This document shows positions 25,285 to 38,412 of a DNA stretch of 64,000 nucleotides, in pieces; the first letter of the stretch is position 1, and the number at the start of each line of letters is the position of its first letter. The stretch is taken from assembly GCA_965655095.1 (NCBI GenBank), contig OZ296656.1:83638001-83702000 (forward strand). Reading direction: 5' to 3'. This DNA is from Haplodiscus bocki (taxonomy: Eukaryota). The translations under genes were made by a program, and so were the position numbers. Under the pieces are notes generated by a model. It saw only the letters and a program-made list of their open reading frames with translations. It ran no database searches and was not told the DNA's origin.

Positions 25285-26385
25285 CACTTGTTAGTTTCAA
25301 GGTAAAAGTCATAATTTTGCCATTGAAGCCAACTGATTTGTGATTAACATCTTCCCTGTCAGTATTTGCGCTTCACTGAAAATGGACTGATCGTTTTTTA
25401 AAAAGGTTTTTTCCGTGGATCACAAAAAGTTTTTTGTCCGGGAAGTTTGTGTCGGGCAAAGCTAAGTAAAATTGGTTCGCAGTTTCTGTGTACTATTGAG
25501 TCAATATGATTACAATTTCATTGCATTTTATCGCTTAGCCTTGTTAACAATATTTTCAGTTGTGTATTCTCTGTTTTGCATAAAATCCCAAAATTGAAGA
25601 ATTTTAGTAAACAACAAACAAGAGTTACGATCGAACGCAGATACTGGCGCGCATTGCTTAAAAAAATTCGTTTTCATTCGAATATGATCAAAAGCAACAT
25701 CAACCTTCAGAGTTGTAGGGACAACTTAGTGTAATGTATTTTCAAAATTTCGGACCTCATACACTCTAGGAGGTCTGTCACTTCATAGTTGTTGGAATAA
25801 GAATCAAAAATCTTTAAAAAAATTGTAAAATTTTCCTCTGGAACTCTCTGCATTCTAAAATAGCTACTGGATTCTTGAGGTTTTTTTTGTAATTACTAAT
25901 CTGGGGACTTTTACTAAACATGCGATCTATCGAACTCATCAATCTAACCCTCTTTTGAACAGTTTTTCAAATACAATTTTAAGTGTGAATATTCTCTCAC
26001 TCATGCATACTTGAGATTTTCGAAAACTTGAATAATTGGAGGTCCTGACGTTTCATCGTTTACGTCCTTCCAGATAATAAAATTATCTTTTATTTTCACC
26101 AAAAGTGTTTTTCCTTCCTCCTTGAACTAAACTGGGATCTTTTACAGTTAGTCTGATTTCATTAATATTTGTTATTCTAAATAGAGAATTGTATACTTCT
26201 AATCCTGTCACCTCTAGCAGTCACATATGTTCCTTTACACTCACCCATTTTTTGAACGAGAAAACATTTTTTTGCATAGAGAGCTCGAAGGTACATTCTC
26301 TTTTTGTCTCAGTTGATATAAGAAAATAAACTTTTTATTAACAAGAAGAAATTTTCGATTTTGCTCTAGTTTTTTCATCTAGACA
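25285..26385 (-). pseudogene. Polinton minor-capsid-like gene, copy B
   Basis: Tandem duplicate of copy A (shared aaatggactgatcg, taattactaatctggggacttttactaaacatg, gtgtgaatattctctcactcat). Ends EDVNHKSVGFNGKIMTFTLKL, a penton C-terminus. Confidence 0.7.
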
Positions 26386-26439
26386 CTTTTTCTCTCTTAA
26401 TTGGTAAACTTTCACGGGTATTGCAATGTAAAGATTTTC

Positions 26440-27400
26440 AAACTTTCTTTAGTTTCAAAGTGAAAGTCTTAGTGATCCCAAAAAAAAACATTTGGTTTTG
26501 TGATCACCCCTTTGCAACTCAAAGGTTTAAATATTCAAAACAGTCCTATTTTTTTTTCCATAGTGATGAGTTCATTACTTTTTTAGTTATTGTATGTCCT
26601 GGAGGTTTATCCAAAGGTAAAACTTCGAAAAAGGCTGAGGGATTTTTTTACTCTTGAGCAATCAATGCAAGCACAATGTGAGCGTATTTAAAAAATGTCG
26701 TAATGCTGATAAGCTTTTCACTTGAGTTTTTTCGTGACGCCTGTCCGTATGCCTGCATAAATCCTAATATTGCGTAGAAAGAAGTTTTTCAACTTGAAAG
26801 TATGAGATTTTTGTACTCCGTAGATGTAGATTGTTTGTCATTCTAGTATGATTAGCAACGATTTCATAAGTTTAACATAGGAAGAGAGCTATGTAAGCTA
26901 TTTTAGTGTTCGAAATTTTTATTTTCTGTATACCGGGTGGCACGTTTAAAGAAAGAGTTGAGGATTGACATGTTTTATGCTTCATCTACAAAATTATGTC
27001 TACATCGTCTTTGTAGTTGTTTTCTGGGACTCAACTAAAGGTTCAAGATCGACGAATAACAAAAACCTTTCAAACTTTTTAAAATTTTGTCCTCCTGTTT
27101 TGCTTTCTCAAAATTTTACTTTGATAGCAATTTTAAGATCTTCCTGAAAACCTACATTCTGAGTTCTTTTTTCTGAGTCTTTTGTTTGTTGAAAGCAGGG
27201 TTATATACTTCAAGATTACTAATTTTAAACACTCACTTAACTTCCGGTAGTTTCAAAGGTGTTTCAAAAATAGATTTATCTCAGTTTAAGCAGAGTGTTT
27301 TTCAGTGTATGTGTTGTGTAATCATAGTTTGGTTCATAAGAAAACCATTTTCTTAAATCCTAAGTCATACTTCTCCAAAGATATGAAAAATCTAAAAGAT
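26440..27400 (-). pseudogene. Polinton minor-capsid-like gene, copy C (more diverged)
   Basis: ISNLEVYNPAFN near 27200, LPLDKPPGHTI near 26600, and an FTL-type C-terminus near 26455. Confidence 0.55.
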
Positions 27401-28167
27401 TTAAATGCTTAAGATTCATTCAATTTTCATTTTTTCTGCTACTGAGTTTTTTTTCGAAAAACAGTTTTGTTTCTCTGAGTGGTAGTCTTAACTGCCACTG
27501 CTGCTCTTGTTGATGTAGTACCTTGATTGAAGGCGTTCAGAGGAACGGATTTTCTTCACACTAGAATCAAATGTTCTTTCTGCGGTCATTCGGAACATAG
27601 TATTTCCCTCATTAAAATTAAAAGCTAGAGAACTGCTAAATCAGGAAATTTTCTATAATTTTTTGTTAAGTATACTCAAAATACACAAAAAGCTGTAGAG
27701 AAGAACTCTTCGTTCGTCTACCGGACTCGTTCGTTCTGATCTTCAGAATGCATTATTTTCAACTCAGCATAAATTTGACTAAATTGTAAGTGTGCGGACA
27801 TTCGTTGGAATCAAACTAATTTCTACCTGTAAAAAAAACCATTTTTAACCCGTTGTTTAATGTTAATTCACCATTCGTTGTCAAAGGTCTATCTCTGAAC
27901 CACATTCCCATCTGTTAGGATGAAGTTCCTGCACGATATTACAGTATTTGTTGGATATTTATACTTGATGTTGTCTTATGTTTTAAGCCAGATTTGAATT
28001 TAACTTCTTTATTAAATATCAAATCTACTTTTTTCTATCTACTTCAGTCTTCTAAATGTTGTGAAAAAATATTTACTCCATCAATTCTTCAGTAATTTCA
28101 ATTTTATAATCACTAAGAAATTTTCATTTGATTGCATTTTATTTCATATAACAATCTTGAAAAACCT

Positions 28168-28367
28168 NNNNNNNNNNNNNNNNNNNNNNNNNNNNNNNNN
28201 NNNNNNNNNNNNNNNNNNNNNNNNNNNNNNNNNNNNNNNNNNNNNNNNNNNNNNNNNNNNNNNNNNNNNNNNNNNNNNNNNNNNNNNNNNNNNNNNNNNN
28301 NNNNNNNNNNNNNNNNNNNNNNNNNNNNNNNNNNNNNNNNNNNNNNNNNNNNNNNNNNNNNNNNNNN
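28168..28367. other. Assembly gap (200 N)
   Basis: Exactly 200 N, which is typical of a scaffolding join. Continuity across it is unproven. Confidence 0.99.
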
Positions 28368-28612
28368 TTCAGGTTTTCGTTGCTTGCACGCCAGTTTCCA
28401 ACACTCAACTATCAGAACTTAGAAACTGTAAACAATACAGTACTTTACCAAGTAGTAGATTGACCGAAATCAACAGTTCCGGAAATAACGGCCTCCTGGA
28501 CGCTCTTAGGTGCAACCCTGACTCTAGCTTAGAACTACAGACCTTAACACGAGAAGAGGTGGATGAACAGACTAAATTGAAGGACCTCATGCGAAACTTC
28601 ATGCGAAACTAA
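28368..28612 (+). mobile_element. Fragment of a gag-N-terminus-like / LTR-associated ORF
   Basis: ...DALRCNPDSSLELQTLTREEVDEQTK is a Ser/Asn-rich then helical segment, similar in character to the other LTR-borne ORFs in the window. Confidence 0.3.
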
Positions 28613-28679
28613 AAAGGTCGAAATCTGAATTTCTTTAATGACAGAGTGAGCGTGAAGGTGACAGTGGTTTTTGAAGAAC

Positions 28680-29600
28680 ATTACCTTTGACTATATTTCG
28701 GAAATTCTCTTCTGCTCAAAACTAGAAACCCTGCAAGCTTCGAAGAAATTACAAACTAGCAATTGCAGTAAGTGAACATACATACAGTGCCAAATATGTT
28801 TATGAAATATGGCTATACGAGCATACTGGCTCTACTGAACATCACTTGAGCAACCAAACAAAATTATCCAGCAGCAAGGTAATCGAAAATTTTCAGAACA
28901 AAACCTTTTTACCACGTAAAAGCCAAACCTTGTATCAATCCAGCTACCCCGTCCGTTGCCTGACTTCAATCTAGTTTGCAAAATACGACTCCCTGACAGT
29001 AAAACTGTAGTTTGAGTGTTTAATAATTCACTAAATGGTATCAAAAGCTGTTCATATGCCCAAGAATTGGAGAATATTCTGCGAATTCAATCAAGGAACG
29101 TTCCAGTAGTATTTTGTGGAGATGAAAACTACCCTGGTAATGGAATTTCTATAGTCTCCTTGACAACGAGGAATAACTTGTTGTCGAACATTTCTGGGGT
29201 AAACAACTGAAACAGGCTATCAGATTCCTCATAATAAGTTTGAGAAATTTTAAATGTTGCCTTAGATCCAAATTGTTGGTGATACTAACGTGGATACTGA
29301 TTCTGTTGACAACATTGACTTTCAGAGTCTTCAAATCATTCGTTTGACTATAGAATGTCCCGTTTTGGTGAACTAACCGGTATTCAAAAAAATACGGAAG
29401 TATGGACTAATTCGAAACAAATCCTTTTAATTTGTTTCTGATCTGTATCACAAACACAAAAATACATTGAGACGAAGCGGAGCTACTTCGCAAAACTGGC
29501 AAAACGATATGAGCTACGATCGAAGCTCTATTTGGAATAATAGTGTCCAAGCAAATTACTTTTCAAATTATCAAGGAACCGATTTTCCTGCAAAATTGTG
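28680..29600 (+). pseudogene. LINE apurinic/apyrimidinic-type endonuclease relic
   Basis: LLLKTRN (cf. LLN-xRS), YEIWLYEH (cf. TETWL), VFCGDENYPG (cf. GDFN), SNH (cf. SDH), in the correct order. Confidence 0.6.
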
Positions 29601-29799
29601 AGTTAATATTTATGTATTTTTCAAGTAAAGTATGGAAGTGGACATCCCTATCTTTGAGTACAGCTTTCAGCGAGCTCTACGAACTGCTAACACTGGAATG
29701 AACTCCAGAGGGTTGTTGCAGCACACCTGCGGAGCCTGCGGTCAACCCCTGCCTAGAAAAAAGACAGCTCAAAACTCAGAATGAAACTTGAACTCTCAT

Positions 29800-31300
29800 G
29801 TCTAATTTAATAAATTTCCATACATAACTTCATCTACTGTACATAAATACTGATACGTATTGTATACGGATCACCAAACTAGATCGACTCAGATTAGGAC
29901 GGAACCGTTACCGAACAAACGAATATTCACAGAGTTTTTTAACCAGATAGCTGCCATTTGTAATAATCCATCTACATAAAAATTGATTATAAATCCACCT
30001 TTTCAGTGTAATTGATTTGATTGATGACAATACCTGCAGTTTACAACAGTGCTCTTATTCAAAATTGAGCTACAAGTAGCTTGACTGAGTTGAAGAGAAA
30101 TTGACTCACGGAGTGAATATTTGTTCCGTACCTGTCCCGTCGCTACTAGTCTGGTGACGTCACTTGTACTCTAATAACTATCTCGTGCTGCAGTGCTGTG
30201 CTGAGTACGGTGTGATTCCGTATTCACTCCTCATTTGAGCACGGCCTGCCTGATTCAACTGCTATTACTGGTGGCTACAGATTTGTTCCGGAACCCACTA
30301 GTAGCTACTCCTCTGAATGAGGAGTAAACTAGTAGTGCCATTAGTTTCACCTCAATTCTGACGGATACGACTAATGAATGAGTTAATGATGGATTGTGAT
30401 GATTAGTTTATTTTTTGTCACGTTCATTTTGTGATGATAGTTTTCCTAATTTTACCAATCGTTTTCTTGTTTCCCAATTAAGTAAATTAATTGTTTTTGT
30501 CAAATAAGATGTCGGAACGAGAATAAGCACATTCAAGTTTTTTTCTGACGGCTACGTTCCGTCCATTTTTCATCAAAATTTGGAAAAGACGCGCGTCTAT
30601 GAGGGAAGGATTGGATGGAAAATGTTTATTTCCCGACAGAGTCGGCATTTCAGTTTTTGATGCTTTATATCATAAGAAGACTTTTCCTCATTTGTACTTT
30701 GACTTGGCGTGTAAACAATTATGCTTCTCGCCAAGGAAAAGATGAAAACAGGAGAAATATCAGCACTAAATTGGGGAATTTTGTACTAATGATAATAACC
30801 AGTCATTTTTCGTTTTGGTACGACAATCAATTTAAGCGTTGTCAAGTTGATGTCTTTAAGAAAAAGTAATGCAGTCTTCACCGCTGTTACTTATTTTCCC
30901 GCAGAAAATTGCACTTTTGAGAGATAAGACTAGAAGCCCTCAGCAAGGAGAAAAATGAGGAACATCCCGGGAGCAACCAGGCACGGGACACAAATGTTCC
31001 CAGATCACAATAGATTTATATCACACAAGTCTTAGAGGAGATTGAGTGTAGACTAACAAAGAAGTTGTCCCAGGGGTTCAGTTAGACTCAGAGTCAGGAG
31101 CTCTATCCCGACGTGAAGAATTTCTTCTGAACTCACTAAATCAGGGTCACTCTAAAACCGTTCAGGAAACGTCCCGGAATACATATGGAGAAAGCTGGGG
31201 AACGAATGAGGACCGCTCCCACAAGGATCTTCATCCTGAAGCGAGGGCCTCTCAGTGCCAGTCCACACAAAATTTTGGTCCAGACGACACCTCCAGACGA
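29800..31300 (+). mobile_element. Solo-LTR-like copy (~1.5 kb) containing the gag N-terminal ORF relic
   Basis: Colinear homology with 38413-39894 (gacggaaccgtta/aacggaaccgtca; ggaaaagacgcg...tgagggaagg; ITQVLEEIECRLTKKLSQGFS versus VFQEIGGW*LKKLSQEFS). The homology stops where the other copy enters its PBS/internal region. Confidence 0.65.
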
Positions 31301-31429
31301 TAGTGCTCAGGATATAAACTTTGGAGAAACTATTTACCTTCAGAAACAAAAAATACCTACTTTTAGGTCCAAATACTTTCCATAACGATACTGAGAACTA
31401 ATTCTTTGCCTTGAAAACGTGCCTCTAAA

Positions 31430-34400
31430 TTAGGTGCATTAAAAAAGGATGATCGGAGTCTGGAAATCTTTCCGAAAACGAACTTTTGTTGGAAGAAAAA
31501 GCTTCGAAATTTGAACAGGAATATTTTGCGAAAGTTTTATAAAACTGGAGAAAAACTGCCTCCATCAGCTTTATCAAAATTGAGAGAATCTGAATTTGAA
31601 TAGGAAGATTTGAAATAAGACAAAAGTTCTCAATAAGGTCATTTTTGCCAGCAACACTTCACCAAGAAAATCTCAAGTTGGAAGTTTACGTTTGAAACGT
31701 TTTCTGAGTTGACGTTGAATAAAGTAGGAGTGATGAAATTACTGATCCACGGCAGTTTTTTCCATTTCCGAAAAAATGAATTCAACAACAAGACTGCAAA
31801 CAAACAACAGTGTTCGAGAAAATGGTTCTCAAGAAAATCATATCAAACAGGAAAACTTTTATATTCCGAAGTTTGAAATGAAATAACTGCTGCATTTCTG
31901 CATATTGATTGAAACTGGAGTTCCATGGCTTCCAGCAAACTTCTCAAAGTAAAAAAAAGTGAAATTAGAAGCGGCTAATTGTACGGCGATCAACAGCTGT
32001 TTGAAAAAATGAGTATGGAAATAGTTTATTGATAATCCAGTCCTCATTTGAATGTTTTTAATTTTTATTTTGCTTTTCTGCCTCCATACCTTCCAGAAGA
32101 CGGTAAATGGAATTTTTCCCGCCCTTCGAGTAGTTCACACTATTTTCCAGCAAAAATAAAACAATGTATTGAGCAAACAAGAAGCGCAGTCACACTGCGA
32201 TTTTTTCTATCATTGGGGCGCATGAACGATTGATCCCACATACAACAAAACTTGTTGACCCATTTTGAACATAAACATATCGAAGGAATCCTTGTCGAAA
32301 GAATTCAAAACGAGAGTTTTAGAGAATTACGAATTTGAAATTTGCCAAAAGAAGAAAAATAATTGAACTTTGTCGCTCGTTCGGCTTATCAACCTTCCAA
32401 TCCAATGGATAAAATCAGAGAATAATCCATCAGATAGCCATTAAAAAATTATCAGCCTTCATTTCAACACATTGATAGAAGAATTCCAATCCGTTGTTGA
32501 TATACAGGAGGATGAGTTGGAATATCAAGACATCCTTTTACCAAAAGGACTTGTGGCATTTTTTGGTCAATAAGGATTCCAACTCCGATGTTGCGAATAA
32601 ATGAGATGATTTAATGACTTTTAGAAGAAAGAAGTCTCCTCAGTTTGGAAGATATCGACTGATATTTTGATGGGAAAATGAAACACGTATGGTTGGGGGA
32701 AAATGAGTGTGAACATCGAGGAATGTGAAGGTTAATTGCAGTTTCTGGCATATGTGGTCCATCAAGATTCAACTGCACGAAAAAAAATCATTGATTTTCA
32801 ACACAAGACCGTAAAACAAGTACAAAAGTTCAGACTGAGCCTTCAAAGACAGAAATCAATCAATGCATTTGGAGAAGCACATATTTGAAAATCGAGATTA
32901 GTCAGTACCAAAATTTTAGTGACAAGATTTCACTGCAGGAACGGAAAGGATTTTTTTCAAAGTGATACTACACAGAAAATGGAAAATTCTCTTGACTCTT
33001 TGGTGGATCACGTCAAGCCTGTAAAAACAGAAAAATATGAGTTTGAAAACGGAGATTTGTCAACAGTAACAGCACTACTAGAATTCTCATACAGTCGAGA
33101 TTCTGATCATAGGCACGAAACGAAAAAGTTTCAGGTCGAGTATTTCTCCAAATCAAAAAAGCTTCAAATTAGAACCTTGAACCAAAAAAGAAAACAATGG
33201 TTTTGAGGAACAATCAGTTGGGATGTCAAAGGTATCAGAAATAGTAAGATCTTTCGCGGATTCGAACTATCAAAATTCCAGCGCAAGGAACAAAGTCAAC
33301 GAATTTTCAATCAAAATTGTTTCTGGTACAGGGAATTTTCCCTTGACGCACTGTTAAAAAAACTAAAATTGTAGATATGGAGAAAAGGAGTTTTTATCAA
33401 GTAGTTCAGTAAAAAAAAGCATACTTCTGAACAATTGGAATATAAAAAGTTTGAACCAGGGATCAAACTGAATGATTTTCCAATCAAGTCCTCCTCCATC
33501 CGTGTCCAGCTCTCATTTGAGACCTTGATGGAGAAAGAGAATGAGAACTTACGCAGAGATATTACTTTGAATACCGGATTAAATCAGTGCTTAAAACATC
33601 CTGGAACGTTCCGATAATCAGTATATCGGTTCGAAGTTCAATTTAATCTCTTTCTAAAGCAATCAAAACTCGCAAGTGTGAAATCGTCTCTTGGGACCGA
33701 CAAGGTATTGATGCAAGAAAGTAATTTCAAAAATTCCAAATGAAAGGAAACTTCCCAAGTGTAGAAATATTCCGTTGATGTTTTCTTATATAAAGTTTTT
33801 CGTGTAAATACGGAGCGAAACGCATTTGAACAAGCAGATGAATCAATAACGGGGCACTTTTTAGAATATTCGGACTATCAAATTTCTGAGGCAAAGAAAA
33901 AAATAAAGTGTTTCTCCAATCTTTTTCCAAAATTGTGAAGTTTCCAATTAAGATTTTCGAGGAAGACATCAACTTTGTATTTAGGCCAATAATAAAACCT
34001 GAAAATCGAAAAAAAAATTAAAAGCACTTTTACGATAACTCGGATTACCAAGAGGTTGATCTTTTCAAACCGAACACTCGTTTAATGATGGAGAAAGTTC
34101 GGATTGATAACTTGATAGAAGAAATCGGGATTAAAGTTACGTAGGAAGTAAAGTTTCAATTGAATCAACTTCAGGATATGTAGGACAGCCTAGTGAACAC
34201 TTCATGGAAGAAATCCAGAATGAAGTTACGGTGAAAGTAATTTGGGGTAGCGGATCAAACCAATACAAATTGATGTTTTGGAATATTCGGATTGTCAGGA
34301 GTATGATTCAAGAAAATAAAAGAGTCTTTTACTGTATGAAACATTTTTCATCCTCGTTGAGTTCATCAATTCAGATTTTCAAGGAAGATGACAAACCAGT

Positions 34401-36480
34401 CGTTACGGAAGAAAACGAGTCTGAATGTCGTGATAACTCACTAAAAGTATCGTTTTTTGGATCATCTGGACGAACTGGCTTTGATGCAGAGTTAAAAACT
34501 CAAACACTTCATCTATGTTTGTTGAGCGTTTGTTTGACTGTTATTAGAAGAAATCAAACGTTTAGTTACGAAGATTTGTGGTTATATCCAGCAAGTCTGA
34601 AACTATCGATTCAGTTTAAGTTGGGAAAAATTACAGCTGTAGTTACATTGGATTATGGCTTTGATTGTTGCGATACATCAGATTGTTTGTTTACCGATTT
34701 ATGAGCAGGTTTTTGCCGGCATCAAGTTGATTGATATTTCAACCAAGCGATCCTCTGTTAGTTGGAGAATTTTGTTTGAGAGCCCAATGGGTGAAAGCAA
34801 AGATGTTTTCACGGAGAATTTTGAATTTGAATATCAAAGTCAGTCAGAATGATTAACAATTTTTGGGTTTATCGGACTATCAGGAGTTTGATGTCTTCAT
34901 CAAAATAATGGATGTGTTAATCGAGTAAGCCGCTACTGGTTTGAGACTTTCGATTGACAACTTCGAAAATCAGAAAATGAGACAGTTTTGCCGAGAATTA
35001 TGAAATTGATTATCAAGATAAGTCAATTTTTGTAACATTTCATGAATTCATCAGCCTATCAGGAGTTTAATGTCACCATCAAATTGGTCGATGTATCAAT
35101 CGAACACTCCTCTGTTAATGTGAGATTTTCGATTGAAAACTTGAAAAAAGAAAACAAGCATGTAGTTACTGAGAACGATAATTTTGAAAAACGATATAAA
35201 CTAACGCTAATGGAACATTTGTAATGCTTGGACTATCAAGAGTTTGATTCAGGGAGCATATTGTACCTTCTACTTTTTGAATACCTTCCCCCATGTGTTA
35301 ACCTATTAGTTGAATAGTTCAAATTGGAAATCAAAAGTTTTGTTACGAAAAAACTTGAGTTTAAAAAAAGGGATACAAGTTTACTGAAAACACTTTTGGG
35401 ATGTTTGGGACTACCGGGATTATAATGCATTTCAATTGCAAGGATATGAGAGAAGGATATGTCCGTGGTTAATCACGTCTTTCTCTGAAAGTGAGAAACT
35501 TTCAATTGAAACTGCGAGAGATGAAATAGAAACTGTTGTAACGAAGCAATATGAGTTCGAAAATCTGGATAAAACAATATTAAGAACAATTTTTCACTTT
35601 TGGAAACGTCAGGAGTTCGATGCTAAAATCAAAATGACTGATTTTGCTTAAGTTGCTAAGTACGGATGAAGATGAGTTCAGTTTTTGAATCATTCCGTTT
35701 TAACAGGACTTTCGGAAGATGCGGACCTTCAGGATTTTGATTCAAGGACATATTGGAAAGATACATCGGTGTTTCGATGAAAGTCCTCATTAGAAAAACC
35801 TTTCTTGTAAGTACTGAGACAAATGTGCTTGAACATGCAGATAAATCAAAATCATTTTTTTTCGGAATCCTGGGACTAACGATTTTCTGATTCAAGGAAC
35901 AAATTTAACAATTTATCAATAGAATCCTTCATTGAATCTGTGAAGTTATCTCTTGAGACTTTCATGGAAGTTATCAATTCTTTAGTTACAGAGAAAAACA
36001 AATTTGAACTTGGAGATGAGTGAAAACTAATACCGTTTTTTTTGGATCTTTTGCACCGGCAAAATTTTGATGGAAAGATTTTAAAAACTTTTTTCAGAAA
36101 AATAAAGTTTTTGATTGAGACTTTCACGGAAGCAATCAAACCTGGAGTTACGAAAATTGATGGATTCGAATAAGAGGCCCAGTCAAAATTTTTACCCTTT
36201 TGAATCTTTTGGACTACCAGGAGGTTAATGATAGGGTTGAATGGATTGAATTTTCATTCGATTTGATTTCTACTAATGTGGGGTTTCCCAGTGACACCTT
36301 GATGGAAGAAATAAAGAAGGTAGTTATGGAGAAAGATGAATTTGATTATCGATATAAACCAATACCAATCGAAATTTTGGAATGTTCAATTTATCAAGAA
36401 TTTGATACACAGAACAAAATGAAAACCTTAGAGACCTAGGTGAAAGAATTCAACCTTCTATTTTCGGAGAAAAATGAATC
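31430..36480 (+). pseudogene. Large degenerate ORF with about 24 tandem ~59-aa (~177-nt) acidic repeats; function unknown
   Basis: Recurring anchor (S/G)-D-Y-Q-E-F-D (tatcaggag-like) at about 32388, 32570, 32760, 33093, 33268, 33441, 33616, 33876, 34046, 34293, 34471, 34703, 34878, 35057, 35234, 35412, 35607, 35727, 35877, 36057, 36215 and 36392. ORF fragments 34655, 35042, 35436 and 36200 align to one consensus. Confidence 0.75.
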
Positions 36481-36949
36481 TCAACTTCCTCGAAATTCAA
36501 CTCAATTTGCGTTTTCTGGCATTCCTCCAGTGTGAGGATCCCTGAACGATATGTTCAGCAGCAGTCTTTTCAAACACTGTGTTTTCTGACGTCGGAAAAT
36601 ATAGGATAGGAAAAAAACGATGATAAAAAAAATGAAACACTGTTTTTCTCATTTAACATTCATACAATTTTTTCAACAAACTTATAACTTTTTTTTTCAA
36701 TTTTTTCCAAGGAAAATGAATCATTTTCCCAATTTTTTTCAAGAAAATACTGTAACATGACGATTTGTTTCTACTTCGGAAAACGGACAATATTTGCGAA
36801 AATAAGCCGGTTCATCAAAGAACCCTTATTTTATTCGAAAAAATCCTGTTTTTTTGTGATTAAAAAATGAGAATGTGTTAACGGCTGTAATAAGCTGGCG
36901 TTGCCAGCTGAATAATAAGTGAGAGTAATTTCACAACTAAAATGAGCAA

Positions 36950-38150
36950 AGTGATTAAAAATCTTTTACCTCGTCAGACAATTGGTTAATCAACAATGCT
37001 TCACTCTTCAGATTACCAGTACACTTCAAACTTTTTGCAGAAATTGTAGAATTGACAACCCTTACTTCAGACATTACCGAAAAGTTATCTTGAATAACTA
37101 GTTTCTACGTTACAAAATGCAGTGGCCGAAACATCTGAGGTGAACGAAAGAGGCTATTCAGAACTGGTGGGTTGCAAAAATGCAGATAGTATATTCAAGC
37201 ACGTGAATTGTTTGAATAAAGCCGAAGCTCCACCTGAATTAATCAACAAAAGTTATAGAAAGAAGCATGAATCGGAGGGAGAAATTCTACAGGTTGGATA
37301 ACATTGATATGTTTCACAAGTATTTTTGCGAAAGAGGTTTTCACAGTTGGGGATATGAAAAGTTAGGATTCGACATCCAAAACCAAAATGAATGGAAGCT
37401 GTCAACACCTGAGATGAAACCCCCTTTTATGTCGACAAATCTGCTAAGAGATTCATAAAGGCTTGGATTGAAATTTACATTGGGAAACGAGAGTTTTCTT
37501 CAACGACTGCCCCCAACTCTTCGATAAGTTTCTAATCTCTGATCTCTGATAAAAGTAGCTAGTAACTGAGTAATAAAATGAACGTTAGCCGTACTATTGG
37601 CTTCTTTAGAAGACAGAAAAAATATTGTATGAGTAGTCAACAAACTTTCAGAGGTCCTAAGCTTAACAAGTGGAATACGCCTAAACTCAAAATTTGCGAC
37701 ACTATTTTCTGTATCCTGAGATATGAATTACCGGATGTCTGAGCATTGTAGGATTCGAACATAATTGCTGATGATCTGAAACTTCAGACTATACAATAAG
37801 GTTTTTTGTCAAATGCAAAATGAGTCGCATCGAATCGAAAGATAGGTAGACACAAAAAAGACGGCACCTGCTGTTGTGAAGTTACAAATCTGACACTTTG
37901 CGCAGCAAAATCTAAATTCAAGCTCAACAACCAGAACTTTCTGGATTCGATAAAGGTTTAAAACCTGACTGTGTATACTCGGGTTGATTTAACGTGAAAG
38001 TCATACACTGTCCTGCTTATGGACCAAACACTTCCACACAAAAAAAACAGTCAATGATCTTGCAAGGACATTAAAGACAACCATTTTATGACTTGCCAGT
38101 TTACTATAAATGTTACTGATCAGTTGCTGTATCATAAAATGACCACTTAA
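36950..38150 (+). pseudogene. LINE reverse transcriptase relic
   Basis: MFHKYF (cf. FN-xYF), WIEIYIGKR (cf. W-xx-SYL-xx-R), TSGIRLNS (cf. SGVPQGS), IADDLKL (YADD motif). Confidence 0.6.
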
Positions 38151-38412
38151 TACTGACCGAAATATTTTGAAGTATAGGGGCGTCAACAGCAGTCAAAATT
38201 GGCCACAGAAACCGTTTTTAACCGAATAAAAACGGCGTTAACGGCGTTTTACTGGAAACATAGTGGCGTTAACGGCGAATAAACGGAAAAAATAGCGGCA
38301 TTGTCGCAGCATATCTCGAAGCCTGCGCACAAGTGCTGCAAGAGGAAAATAACATCCCTGGATCGTCAGGGGACTAACTAAAACTAAATAAAACAATTAA
38401 CACTACGTTTTA

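Noticed and set aside
28061-28612. ORFs of 183, 96 and 89 aa spanning this region
   Set aside because: Artefacts of translating through 200 N.
29800-36480. Repeat array as internal cargo of the LTR element at 29.8 kb
   Set aside because: No PBS follows 31300 and no second LTR follows the array. The LTR is better explained as a separate solo insertion, although no TSD was found.
38185-38310. aacggcg-rich segment as another EnSpm-like MITE
   Set aside because: An iterated motif is present, but I could not find a matching second terminus.
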